A stretch of DNA of 64,000 bases, from positions 186,001 to 250,000 of the forward strand of contig OZ316891.1 of assembly GCA_973895155.1 (NCBI GenBank). Direction: 5' to 3'. A program made the translations under genes and the position numbers. Positions 11,753-24,500 of the stretch are shown here, in pieces. Positions within the stretch are counted from its first letter, which is position 1. Every line of letters begins with the position of its first letter. Under the pieces are notes generated by a model. It was given only the letters and a program-made list of their open reading frames with translations, had not been told where the DNA came from and did not search any database. This DNA comes from Marsupella aquatica. Taxonomy: Eukaryota; Plantae; Marchantiophyta.

Positions 11753-14399
11753 TGTCACGTTGTCAGCCTAGACCTTAACCTGGGCTTTGGCTTAGACAGG
11801 CACATCCTTTGTCAAAATGAGGGTTCGGGCAGGGATGGAGGCACGGAATGCACCTAACTCACGTAAACTAGTGCTAAGTGCGCCTATGGTCATATACGGA
11901 TACCTCCTAGGTATGGTTTGTGTTCTGCCACCAGAACGTACCTCAGTCGATAGCAGTATCGACCCCGGCTTACGGACTTCTAAGCCTTCGTGTTGTCCGC
12001 CTTCAATCCGGATTCAATAATATGGGTACTCAACCCGGGCTTGCAACCACTTACTTGCAAGCTGCACCCATGCACGACCTGGGTAGTGCGTTTGGCCAAG
12101 CGTTGGCACCTATACACGAGATTCACACATATACACATGCACAAGCATACAATCTCAATTTACACAAAGGAAATAATGGGAAAGGATTTTACTACATAGG
12201 AGACATACGCGTACACTTAGTTGACCCGAAAGCTCTTGAATGAACAGGTCCAAGGCCAAGGGTGTACATTACAATGGAGCCCGGCTCCGCACTCGCCCAG
12301 CGAGCTTAGTCTTACGCCCTCCCCTTGGTACTCTTTCACTCCCAGAGGTTGGGACTCCCCGCACATACCGCGGATGTCCAACACTGAGACTAAAAACCCC
12401 CTGCCTCTACCGAGGGGTGCACTAAATACTAAGGGCCAAGGAACAGAGTGCCCTCATGCCCAAAGATTCGCTAGCTACGGTCCTAACTAAGCTGGCTGTC
12501 AGGCCGGAAAACGGCTTGTCTTATTAGAAGATTCTATTCTACGCAGGCTGGTCAGCATGGCAGTGTCGCTTTAACTAGGGCGGCACTGGCTGCTGCAGCC
12601 TAGTTTAGCTACTCCTGACTCAATTCTAATCCTACTCCGCCGCTAATGCCTGGTGCGCTTGCCAAACCGTCTGAGTGGGAGCAGCCATCCCGTTGTCTAC
12701 GGAGTCTGTCGTTGTCCGTTTTGAGAAGCTAGACTTGGTCTAGCAGAGATTCGTTCTCTCATTTCGCCGCGTCCGATCGCCCTTGGGTAGCCCAAAGATC
12801 ATCTTGAGCCGTTCCTCTATGAGGGACATATTCCTCCGCCGCAGCCGAGTATGCTAATGAGCATCGTCATAATTCTTGACAAACTCCGTCATGTCCTCCC
12901 CGTAGTACCTGCAGGTGTTCCAGGGGAGAGAGGCAAGGTGCTCGAATCCTTGAGTTTTCAGGTACACCGCATGTTTGGGGTGGAGGATGTTCTTATGCAC
13001 ATTTTCCCCCATGCGGTGCATTGTCACCTTGGCCGCGGCTATCGTGGCCATGGGTAAGCCAGATACAGCTGCGAGTTCCTTCCTCTTTCTTCCCCGCGAT
13101 TGGCTCGGGGAGGGTGACACCTCCCCATCCTCTCTATCAGGGATAGGTAGTGCCACCGCTGTTAGTATTGGGGCCGGGTGGCTACGGTCACCGTGTCTGC
13201 TGGAGCCACTTCTCGGGTCCGGGCCTGGGGAGGGGGCGATGTAGTGCCGGCTCCCTGAGTGCTTGCTCCTCTGGGCAGCTTGAGCAAGGGTGGGGTAGTC
13301 TCGTCGTCGTCGCTGAGGTCCATAGCGTTGACGACCAAGCATACTTGTACTGGCGGGGTGACCGGTGGTGGGGATCGGCTAGGCTGAGGCTGAGACTGAA
13401 GCTGAGCCTGAGCCTGAGCCTGTGCGGGTATAAGTATGGGGTCGACTGGGCCGGTACCGGTGGTTGATGGTTTGGTTCCTATGAAGTTTTGCAGGTGCCG
13501 GTGGAGGTTCTCTGAAGCAAGTGTAGACGGCCTTGTCGACCGGGTAGCGCTGAACTCACTATTGATGATAGCCTGGACCCGAGCGGGGATGTGGTCAAAG
13601 TGGTGTCGCTGCAAGTCAATCTTGCCCGGGATAGTGAAGACCGCATCCGGGAGCCAAAGCAATGCTTCCCAGAAACCGATATATTTGCCTCCGTCAAAGA
13701 AGTACCCTGATACCTATTTGGGTCGGTAAAGCTCGCTCTGGGACGGGTACTCAAAGTTAAGGAGATAGTGGTGGCGGCCTGCTAGGCGGATGGCTTTCTC
13801 GTATTTGCGTTCGATCTCGTATCAGTACGGGTTGGCGTGTTTCAATGAGTCGGCCAAGTGCCCTCCGATAGACAGGAACTGTGTCTAGAATTGTATGGCC
13901 GAACTGGAAAGGATCGTGTGCGACATTCAGAGGAGGTAGCAGGTTACTAAGGATAAGCGAGAGAGCTAGGGTCGAAGCTGGCGCGTGGACTGAAGAACTG
14001 GTGCACTGCAAAGGATCGACCGCCTTTTATACTCTAAGAGCTCGTCGATCGCCCAACGCCTCCTCGTCACTTATAGGCCGAGCCTTTCACGCTCATAGTG
14101 TACCGGCCACTTCGCCGGTCCGGGTCAGCTTGTGTCAGTGGCCGCCTCCCGGAGTTTGTTATACGGACCCGAGGGAGGGGGGAAAGGGGGCCCATTACAT
14201 GCTCGTAACCCGGGCGTGCGAATGGCGACCCATCACCAGCCCGAACATGAATTCCCCTTATAGTCAATGATTTCCTATTCATAATGACAACCTAAATACT
14301 GTCGTTATACTAATAATAACGGCCTAAGATACCCCTAACACGCGTGCTAAGCGCGGTTAGACTGAATCACTCATTACCCTCTGTACTGGCGGCATCACA
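11753..14399 (-). repeat. Family B LTR with large internal deletion near 12780
   Basis: TGTGA start at 14399, TGACA end at 11753; similarity to 8300-9919 breaks near 12780. Confidence 0.65.
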
Positions 14400-14419
14400 A
14401 ATAATAATTGGATCTGTTA

Positions 14420-14820
14420 GGTATAGAATGTCTCTTTAGTGTTCATTTGGCAAATCTATTGAATGACTTTGTATTATATGATTCTTGAATGACATGAATT
14501 TTTGTCCAATATTACCACTTAAATTTGTATAACTCCAAGTCATTGAATACATGACTTGAATGACATATAAAATGACTGATGTAATGGTCATTATGAACTC
14601 CTGTATTTGTGTCCAATATGACTCACCTCGAGTCATTAATGACATATCCTTAATGACATAAAAAATGACCCATAAAATGACCGATCTTATGGTCATTATA
14701 GACGTATGTAATTGTGTCCAATATGACTCCTTTCAAGTCATTCTAGACATGTCATTAATGACAAATGTGTGTCTTTACGTGTCTCTTCCCAATTCAACCA
14801 CGTGTCTCAATATGACTTGT
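14420..14820. repeat. AT-rich segment with dispersed ATGAC/GTCAT motifs, probable CACTA subterminal fragment
   Basis: Many atgac/gtcat words, like the subterminal region 45610-45910 of the CACTA element. Confidence 0.45.
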
Positions 14821-14834
14821 CTATATGAGGCAGA

Positions 14835-15162
14835 CAACTTCTAAAAAGCAGCACAACAAGGACTACGGAAGATTGACATCACGACGGGGGATTTGGTGCT
14901 CCTGTACAACAGCCGGTACATGCAACTTCCAGGGAAGCTCCGTACTTGCTGGTTGGGACCTTTCCTGATCAATCAGATACACCCATACGGATCTATGGAA
15001 CTTGCGACGTACGCGGGCGATTTACTCTTCACACGAGTCAGTTATGATCGTGTGAAGAAGTACCATCATCAAGACAATACCGCCAATAGTGATGTTTGTG
15101 AGGACGCTTCACAGTTAGGCAGGGAGCTATGTGACACCACCAGCACGACTGCAAATGAGTAA
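14835..15162 (+). pseudogene. Integrase C-terminus of a family-B-related gypsy element
   Basis: VLLYNSRYMQLPGKLRTCWLGPF...DASQLGRELCD (GPY/F-like region). Confidence 0.85.
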
Positions 15163-15965
15163 TCCGGCCTAATCTGTGCTGAGCACACACGCTACGGACT
15201 TAGTTTTCCATAGTTATTAGCATAGTGACACTAAAATAGTTAGTATTCATGAATAGGACAAAATTAGTCAATAAAGAGCATTAACACTTGGGCTGGCACC
15301 TCACCATATGTCACGATTATGTCCAGTTTGGCCATTCGCTTTTGGCTTCAATTTCTGTCCATTGGTAATCATCTAGCAAAAATGCTTGCCAAATTCAACC
15401 CGCGCAGGTACAAAGCCCAAAGAGAGTACAAACGACTCATCCATTTGGCTGGGCACTCTCACTACAACAACGATCTCAACCTTCCCTTTGAGAGCAAATT
15501 CTATCGAGACAACAAGATCGCCAAATTCTTCTTCGATGGTTCAAAGTACCTCGGCTTTAGAGAAGCGCTCCTTCAACTTCCGGACAAGGTCTTCACAATC
15601 CCGGGCATGGTGCACTTGCAACATCATCACTTTGACCATATACCCGCCAAAGTTCAGTCCTTCCTTGACTATTGATGCGTAGTCCAAATACGGGCGAGTC
15701 ATCAATCCTAACATCACTCAACTTCCCCTCCGACCTTCTGAATCCTATGGTACTGCCTCCAGCTAAACCCGTAGCCGACTCATTGGCACCATCGCAACCA
15801 CCGCCTCGGCCTCATTCAAGCCGCTCTCCACCACCGGTTGCACCACCCGTTTGGGTACGATCCGTGGTGAATGCGGTGAACATCAGCTCAGAGGACAAGG
15901 AGGCTCATCCTCCTCTTCTCCGGAGACCACCAAGGGCACACCGACAAGGGCCGGGTAACACATAG
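15130..15965 (+). repeat. 5' part of a family-B-related coding LTR; it resumes at about 46022
   Basis: PPT GGCAGGGAGCTA then TGTGAC; ORF AIRFWLQFLSIG...HHFDHIPAKVQ is homologous to 8915-9445. Confidence 0.8.
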
Positions 15966-15986
15966 TTTAGGGTTTAGGGTTTAGGG
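15966..15986 (+). repeat. Interstitial telomeric repeat (TTTAGGG)3
   Basis: Seen directly at the breakpoint of the LTR ORF. Confidence 0.9.
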
Positions 15987-17533
15987 CAGCGGCACCAAAA
16001 AGAATATGTGGTAAGTGGAATCATACAAATGTATATACTTTTATCCTTAAATACCAAGATTCGGTCCCGTAAAGAATAAACAGCGCGATTTACCAAGGTT
16101 TTGTGATGTTCGAAATCTTCAAGCAATTTCTTTGCTATTTTTCCTTATATAATCCTGAAACGATTAGTATGTCACAAATGCTGAAATGCAATTCCTTAGG
16201 TTCGGCTTCTTCTCGATAGATTGAAAGGTTTTCTCTTCCTTCTAACTTCCTTATACACTTATTAGTGATCGGTTTTACGTCATGAAGGTTGGTACAATTC
16301 CCATTTCAACTAGATTTCAAAGGCACACCTTAGTTATCCATTCAAATCTATTTCCTACAACTAATTCAAACATCAAAACTTGAATACTTAAGTTTGATTC
16401 ATGAAATGTTTAAAATTCAATTGATGTGAGTGGTACAAGTCTTCTCCATTAAATTCTTTCTCCTAAGCCCAATTTGGCATGAGAAAAAGACCCACACTTG
16501 GTCCAAAATCAATGTTGAAGAAAAGACAATGAATCATGATCTTGGGAGTCCACTTGTAAGGCTCCCTCAAAAGGTTTAAGATGCCAAAAGGTTTAGAAGC
16601 CTAAAAACCTTTTCTCATCTAAACTTAGGGTCCTAAAAGGTAAAATAAGTCTAAGACTCTCTATATCTAATTCCTAAAGGTACACTAAACTATGTCCCTC
16701 TATATCCTACTCTATCTAACTCATGAAAAGGCTCAAGAGGTGAGAAAAGAGATAGAAAACGATTTAAGTAACATATGCCAAAAAACCTTGGAGAATCGGT
16801 TTGGGTTATTCTGAAGTTGGTCTTTTGGGACCAAACTGAAATTCTCCTTATAGCCCTTGGAAAGAGCTTTCCAACGCACCAAATATCTTGTCAAACCAAC
16901 ATTGGACCGATCCGCAATCGTCCGTCAAAGTTGCTGCTGAAAGTCTAAACCGATTTTCCAACTTCCAAAGCGATTCTTCTGCTTCCTCCCGAAGCGATTT
17001 CTTTCGGATTTCTTTGAAAGCGATTGTTTGTCTGAAGCGATTCTTCCTTCTAAACTCAAACTTCTTAGCTTTCTTCCATAACATTCCTTTGAGGCTTAAA
17101 ATGGATTAAGGGGTGATGGATAAACCTAAATAAGCCACTAGTAGAAATACCCCCTATTTTTTACCAAACCACTATTGACTACTGTGACAAGGTTATGGAA
17201 GTTTAGGGTGTTATCACTACATATGTCTTAAGTATCACTTCCACAAAGTTTCCACTCATTTGTTGCGACTCCTTTGCGATGTTGACTTTACCTACTCTTT
17301 TCAATCACTCATTCTTCAAGGTGCAAGGGACATTGTTCATGGTTCAAGGTTGTCCATGCACCTTTGAAGTTGGATGGGGGATACCACTTAATTACAACAT
17401 CCCATCATAAGGAAAATGGCAGGTCCACTATCTAAGCTGATTGTCTTAGTTTAGGGTTCTTATGTGAGTGAGTGCTACTCACCAATTGCCAAACATTCAA
17501 GCTTTTTATGTGAGAAAGCTTCAAATAGTAGAG

Positions 17534-17667
17534 GTACCCCCTTACATGAGCCCCTTACATGTCACTGGCTGAGTACCTTAGTACTCTCCACCGTTGTGCA
17601 GTACCCCCTTACATGAGCCCCTTACATGTCACTGGCTGAGAACCTTAGTACTCTCCACCCTTGTGCG
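17534..17667. repeat. Tandem duplication of a 67-bp unit
   Basis: gtacccccttacatgagccccttacatgtcactggctgag... at 17534 and 17601. Confidence 0.9.
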
Positions 17668-19998
17668 CGGGAGCAAATGTAGGGTCTTCGTCCGCAAAGA
17701 GGGTTTACAAAGGGGAGGGGAGGTGGAGCGAATGAGGTGACTCATTGAGAGGGGCGATCGATAGTCGATCAATCAAGGAGGGAACGAAGGTTTATGGAGA
17801 AACAATGGGATTCTTAGTGTGCAGTGAGTCGGGCTCTCTGTGATTTCAGGGAGGAGGAAGGGTTTGACACCACACTTGAAGCGACCTGACCACATTCAAT
17901 CGGGTGCTGGGTGCGTTTGCGAGTGCTCCCTGAAGGCATTGCAGGGGCATTGCGGGAAATTTTAGGGTCAGACGCCAAGTTCGTGGTGCGGGGGTCCGTC
18001 TTCCTCCATTAGCTTTGTAAGTATTTACCTCTTTGCCTTGCATAGCATTGGGAGATGAGAGGAGAGGAAGTGCTTCTTGCTCTTGCGGTCGAAGACTCTC
18101 TGTGATTGAAGGGAGGAGGAAGGGTTTAGGGCCACACTTGAAGCGCAACGTGACCACATTCACCCAGGTGCTAAGTGCGTCCATCTTCCGCCATTTGCTT
18201 GTTGGGTTGTTCTTCGGTCAAGAGGAGAACGAGCTAGAACAAAAACGCGCTGCGACATTGGAGCGGGCGACATTGGAAGTGTCGGGTTTAGGGTGTCAAC
18301 TTGTTTTCAAGACCGCTGATCTCTGGTGTGGTGTTGGGTGCGGCTGGTGTTCAGGCAGAGGTGAGAGGTCCCGTGCGACGCACTGTGGTGCTTCATTGTG
18401 CTCTGTTTGTACTCTGTTTGTTCATCTTAACTCTGGAAAATTAATGACAGCAAAAACTATGGTTCATATATAGAAGGTTGTCCCTATTCAAGACCTCTCT
18501 TGCTGAATTCTCACCTCACTCTCTCTCGCCCTCTCTCTCGGTCTCGCTCTTCCATCGTGTCTCGCTCTTCCATTGTGTCCACTCTCTGTTGCAAATTTCT
18601 CTCTCTCGCGATCCTCAAGTACGTGTCATCATCTCTCCCTCTCTTATGCATGCCCATCACTATAGCAATCTCATGTCGGGGTCGGCGTTGAACTTGGATT
18701 TCACTATGGAAATGTAGATGGGATCACAGTATATTGTTGGCACTTTCATTCTGCTTCGGCTTGAATTGCTCTAATCTTATACACTAGTATTCTAGTGTGT
18801 AGAAGTGTTGTGCAGAACTAAGGTGGGGTGCGGGGGGTTTTTCTTTGCCTTTGTTGAGCTGTGATTTCAACTCAATGGTCCTCTCCTTAGTCGCTTAGTG
18901 CTTATTTGTGTCTTGCAACAACTTTTCAGACCTGCGCGCTTGCAATGCTTGTACTTTCAGAATCGCAGACTTTAGAGTATACTCTTGTACTGTCAATGAC
19001 TAAATTAGAAGTTATTACGCGCGCCTACATGCTTCACTTGTGTCTTTGGAGGCTTTCGGATTAGAGGTTGCACAAAGCATGGATGTCATAGCCCTAAACT
19101 TCAAATTTTCCTGCATGCAATTCTACCTCTACATTCATGTTTCGGCAACAGGAAGAACGCAAAGGGAGCAGGTCACTCTTCCATTGACTACTTTGCCACT
19201 GTATGTATTCAATGTACAGGACATTAGTCAAATGTGATACTCTATAATGTACTCCTCCACGAACAACTAATGAGCCACAGAACTGATGAGCCACACTCTG
19301 TCTGTGGCACTTGCAGATCATTTTTCCACCCGTTCGAGAGCTTTCTCTTTTGCCAAGCTAGGCACAAAGAAATCATTCCAGGGTTTTGTCAACTCCTGAG
19401 GTCTGTAATCACTCAGAGCCCTCTACATTGTCATTGCTTTGTCTTCACTGGTGGTCTCAGGGTCGAGCGTTTGTGCTGCTTATCCTCAAGTATGTACAAA
19501 AATCTCTCCCTCTCTTATGCATGCCCATCACTATAGCAATCTCAGGTCGGGGCCAGGGTCAAGCCAGGATTTCACTATGGAAGTGTAGACTGGATTTGGG
19601 TTATTTGATTGGATTTTATGTATGGGGTGTCGATTGTATTCTACTGGCCTTCTTGTTGTGCTGAGCAATGTCCTGCTGTGGACTTTTGAATTCTTCTACT
19701 GGTTCCCCTTATTTTCGTGGCCCCCAAAATTTATAAAAATGCATGTGTGAAAATGCTAGCCCAACAATTGCCCACCTTTAATGGCAGAAATCGTTCAATA
19801 ATTGCCTGTGTACAATCTCAGAGTCCTAAACTTAAAATTTCCTCCATACACACAACCCGTCTTGAATTTAGAACTTGAAATTACAGTTTCTCAAATCTTT
19901 GGTATTAATTCATAGTTTTAGTTTCTCATTCTTTGCATGCTTCACTACGTCACTGACTCTGGCCATATATTGTGTTGTTTTCTATCGGGGTAGAAGTC

Positions 19999-20510
19999 AT
20001 GGCTCGTCCAAAACGGTCAGCACACAGAGGCGGATCACAGGTGAGGCACAATTCCATGAGTAGACATCATCATTGGTCCAATGCACAAATTCATCAGAAA
20101 GCCGCTCATGTCTGTGCCATTTGTGACGATGGAGGTGACCTGGTCATGTGTGATGGCCCCTGCCTGAGACAATTCCATGTCAATTCCTGGTCCACTTATG
20201 CACCACAAAATGCATGCCCTGGGGTTGGGCTCTAGGGGGACCATCGGGGTGCTTGGACTTGCTTTGATTGTGCCACTAATATCAGCAAGTGTGCTCAATG
20301 TGGCACAAACGGCACTGTTGAGGGGGATCAACCAGAGCGGCGGAAATGTCCTGACAGGTTTTGTGTTCGTTTTTTTTGTTTGACATGCCTGCCCCATGCT
20401 TTGCCCACTACATATTTGTCCTGCTTGTGGGGAGCCTGATGATGACTACTGGATAGACATGGTCCATTGTCCCAGATGTCCCACAGCCTAGCACTATGAG
20501 TGTTTACTAG
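19999..20510 (+). pseudogene. EDM2/NSD-like tandem PHD-finger fragment captured in the CACTA
   Basis: CAICDDGGDLVMCDGPCLRQFH...C(stop)...WTCFDC, CAQC...CPDRFC...C, then after a frameshift CPLHICPAC...HCPRCPTA(stop)HYECL. Confidence 0.75.
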
Positions 20511-21553
20511 CCCTTCAGGCAGAAGGGTATGCATGTGACCGCCAAATTTATTCCCACTCTGCACACGGGGTTGATAGGTGGTTTTTGTATTGCCACCTCC
20601 ATACGATTGACCCTCATTTGCAGACCCCTGCGAGAGACCACTTGACTTGGCTATTGCTGGATGACACCTCCAGCGCCAGCAACAAAACAAGTGGATCAGC
20701 ACCAACAGGCTGAGCTAAATGAATCCAACATTGCACATCTCACATTTTGGACTTTTTAATGAAGTGGGCACCTCACTGTGCTGTCAACCATAGCTCAGAC
20801 ACACCCCGCTACAGTGAGCTATCGATCGACTTTGTGACTGCATAGTAAATTTGGATCTTGCTTTTTCAGTTCAGCCATACATGGTTCTGTCCTTATACTT
20901 TCGTACACGATGACACCTCCAAAACTAACTAAGTTAACTTATTTTTTGAAGACTGATTAAGTTAATTGCAATTTCAAAGTTAGGGCCTGCACAAGGATGT
21001 CTGTGTTTTTTCCACTTTGAGTGAATCATGTGTATGGCAAGAGACCATAACCGTGAAAGACTAAAGATTCCAAGCAGACTGTTGCCTGGAGTAAAACAAC
21101 ATGCATGCATTGGAGTATGAAAATACATATATAGCTCAAATTATGTATTTGTTTCTGCTCTTAACAAAGGTCATCTTAAGTCGTGTGCCTGACCCATACA
21201 TTTGTACAATTATAGATGTGACAGGAAATTGGGCAGTTGAATGATATCATTCTCAGTCCCCACCACTGTCACGTAAGATACAGGTATTCAAATGTGAATT
21301 CAGGCTATATGCAGACAAGACAATATAAAGGGCCACATGTATGCTATGTGTATACTGAAGTAGGCTGTCGCTCTACTTTCATCAATGTAATTACATGAAC
21401 ACATGGTGAAAATAATTTGACTGAAGAGTATATGGTTTGTCCTATAACTCCGTGCTGGGATTTACTGCATGTATTGACTTTCGATCTTGTCATGTGTGCC
21501 ACAATCAGGGAGCTAGAGTGCACTTTGTGTCATCAGAGAGCATTGGGCTGAAG

Positions 21554-24500
21554 TGTGGTGCGTCCCATGGCTCCCTAAACCCAAGAAACCCCCCAGCTCA
21601 AGCCGATTCCCGCAGGTTTCGTGCTTGGCGAGGCCGTTTCCGCGGCTTAGCGGCATGGGACGCTGCTAACCTTCTACTACTACTATTAACATTTTACACA
21701 CATATACTGGACAGATCCTTCATCGGGTCATGAGATACGTAGCCGGCCTAATATAGGCCTTCCCCTGTCTTCCCCTGTCTTCCCCTCCGTCTTGTTAGGT
21801 ATGTTTGGATTCCGCCGCCGGAATGATCCCCAATAGGCTTGGTTAAGCCGCTAAGACCTCTCTCAGCTCGACACATCCAACTCTCACTCCCCTGCTTACT
21901 TTCCTTCCTTCTGTTGATGTGGGCACTCTTCACACAAGTTAATGCGACACACAAATAGCAAAATGACTCATTCTGACTGAGTCATACCATGCACTTGCCA
22001 TACAAACAGTACATCTCATACACAAGTTCTGCGAACTAAGCCGTGAGGCCAACTCTATTCAGCTCTTAGGCATGAGGAAACATGAATATACACAAGGGTC
22101 ACTGTATGACTAACCGAGAGCTTCTCGTACTACTTGATCCCAGCCCGGCTGGTGCAAACTAAAAACTTGCTAAAGAAGAGGCCCTGAGCTCCCCGCTGCC
22201 CAGGTACTTATCCTGGTAGTGGATCCGCCATTCTTTGCATCGTAAGCCTAATCTACTTAACAGTAATCTACTTGCCCAAATCTACCTATGTACAGCAAGG
22301 CAGGAGCACAAGTGTTGCTCCTACCAGTGGGACCGCAATCCCACTAAGCTAAGTGTCAGGGCCGCTCCTGGTTCTGATCCTAATCCTAAACATGGAGATC
22401 CGTGCCCGCCCTGCCCACTCACGCCTCCTCCCTCCACGTCCGCCCTCCCTAAAAGGAACGGCGCCCTTGCACCGTCACGACACCGGTGGTGGATCCTCAA
22501 TGGACGCCCCCAACACTTCCTCCTCAGCCACTGCCGTTGGCCCGCCTACTGACAGATTACCTGCCCTTGACCGAGTCAACTCTCCATCGGCCTGACTGGG
22601 TCCACCTTCGGCTTCAGCCTCGACAACTCCCACGGCTTCGGCTTCAGCCAACCCCACGGCTTCGGCCTCCCCTTCCCCTAGGGTAGTTGGATCCTTAGCC
22701 GTGACCCTGTCTGGGGTCGGTGCTGGGTCTACCTCCTTGATCACCACGACCTGTGAAGTCGTATTACTCCTTGACCCTGAAGGTTTCCGCTTCTTCTTCG
22801 TTGGTGGCTCGGCAGCTGGTCCCTTCCCCTTCCCACTTACCTCCGGCACTGGTGCAGGTGGCGCGGCTTGTCCTTCGGCAATTACCACCCCTGGTAACTG
22901 GTTTGTCCCAACAGGAGATGGACCTGCTGCAGCTAAGCATTTAAATACTGCGGCTTGTTTCTTCAGCCGCTCTGTTTGGTTGTCGGCCCGCCGCTGTAGG
23001 TTCTCCATCTTCCTCGTGATTTCCTCCAACTCCTCTTGGGTTTCATCCAGGTCCTTACGTGCCCCCTCCAGCTCGTTTTTGGCCTCCTCCTGCTCCCTGT
23101 GGGCTTCCTCCAATTCCTTCTTCAAGGTAGCCTTCTCCTCCTGGGTTGCTCTTAGCTCCTTGTCGAGCTCTGCAATGATGACAGACTCCATCTGGTTCAT
23201 CTTGGCGTAAGTCTGTTCGAGCATCTCGTCCTTCTCCCTTAGGTCGGCCTTGAAGCTGGCCGTCAGGGACGCAAGCTCCTGCTGCAGCGCCATAATCCCT
23301 TGATAGGATTTCCCTAACTCGACCTCCTTCTGCTCAAGGGCTCCGCGGATTTTCTCGAGCTCCCCTTTCAACGCCCATTCCTTTCTTTGGGTCTCCGCCA
23401 TGGCCCGGCTGTTGGCTGTTATGTGGGCCTCCTCTGTATTCTTCAGCTCTTGCTTCCACTTTTCCCTTTCTTTGATCGTGTCGGCCAACTCTTCCTGCGT
23501 CTGAGTCAGTTTATCCTTGATATTCTGATTATCAGCCTGCACGGCGTCCAACTGCCCCTGCATGATGTTCAGCTCATGTCGTTTAATCCGCAGTTCATCT
23601 TGGGCTTTCTTGGCCGCCCTTAGATCTTCAATCTCGGCTCCCATCCTCCTAAGCCGCCGAATGACCTCGTCCTTCTTGCTTCTCTCTAAAGCCACCGCTT
23701 CTTCTAATTGGTGCTTCTCCAACTGCTCCCTATGGAAAAAGGGTCCTACCTCCAACTCCTCTCCAAAGATGCCGAGCGCAAGTTCCCCACACATCTCACC
23801 ATACTCCATGGCTCTATTCTTAGCGTAGGTGGAGTAAGTAGAAGTGATCGGCATCGCCCATCGTGGCCTCTGCTCCCAAGCCGTCCTGCGGATCTCTTCA
23901 ATCGTGGCTAGAGGTTTGCTTCCTTTTTCGGCTAGCCGCCTGATGTCCTCCGGCCAATCTCCTCCTGGTAAATCCTTTTCCTTAGCCAGGGCGGCCTCTT
24001 CCTCCTGCTTGATTCGCTCCTGAAATTCCTGCACCGTCTGTTTTATGCCGTCGAAGCTCGGGGGAGCAACATCTGGTGGGGGAGACTCAGGGCTACTCTG
24101 CTGGTTGGGGTCCCCTCGCACTACCCTTGGAAGTGTGGGGACAAACCGGCCACAGGTCCTTACTCCTGGAACGTGATGGTCCGACCCATAGCCGGAATTA
24201 TCATGGCTGCAGTCCTCCACTGCCTCCTCTACCTCTTGGATTTCCGGCTTCTCCCTCTCCTCTTCCTCGGTAGGAGCTTCAGGCAATTCTGCCTCAGATT
24301 CGGAGCTTGAGGTTCCCACGTACATTCGAACACCTGGCTTGGATTCCGGCCTGATTCTCTCCTTGTCTCCAGCAAAGGGGTTTTCTCTTGTGAGCCGGTG
24401 TAGGCCTACCTCTGTAGTAGTGTCCTGCATTGTTGCCGTTGCCGTTGTTGTTGCCGATGCCGATTTCTTTTCTTTCTCCAGTAGTTTCAGCAGACTCTGC

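Larger units (their letters stand above)
7482..14399 (-). mobile_element. Degenerate gypsy element (family B) with protein-coding LTRs; gag-PR-RT deleted
   Basis: Two LTR copies begin at 14399 and 9919 (12780-14399 matches about 8300-9919); RH-INT remnant lies between them; PPT GCAGGGAGCTA. Confidence 0.8.

Noticed and set aside
16007-17135. LTR-like sequence flanking the CACTA (continues 45951-46021)
   Set aside because: TG/CA candidates lack a matching TSD, so the boundaries are unsupported
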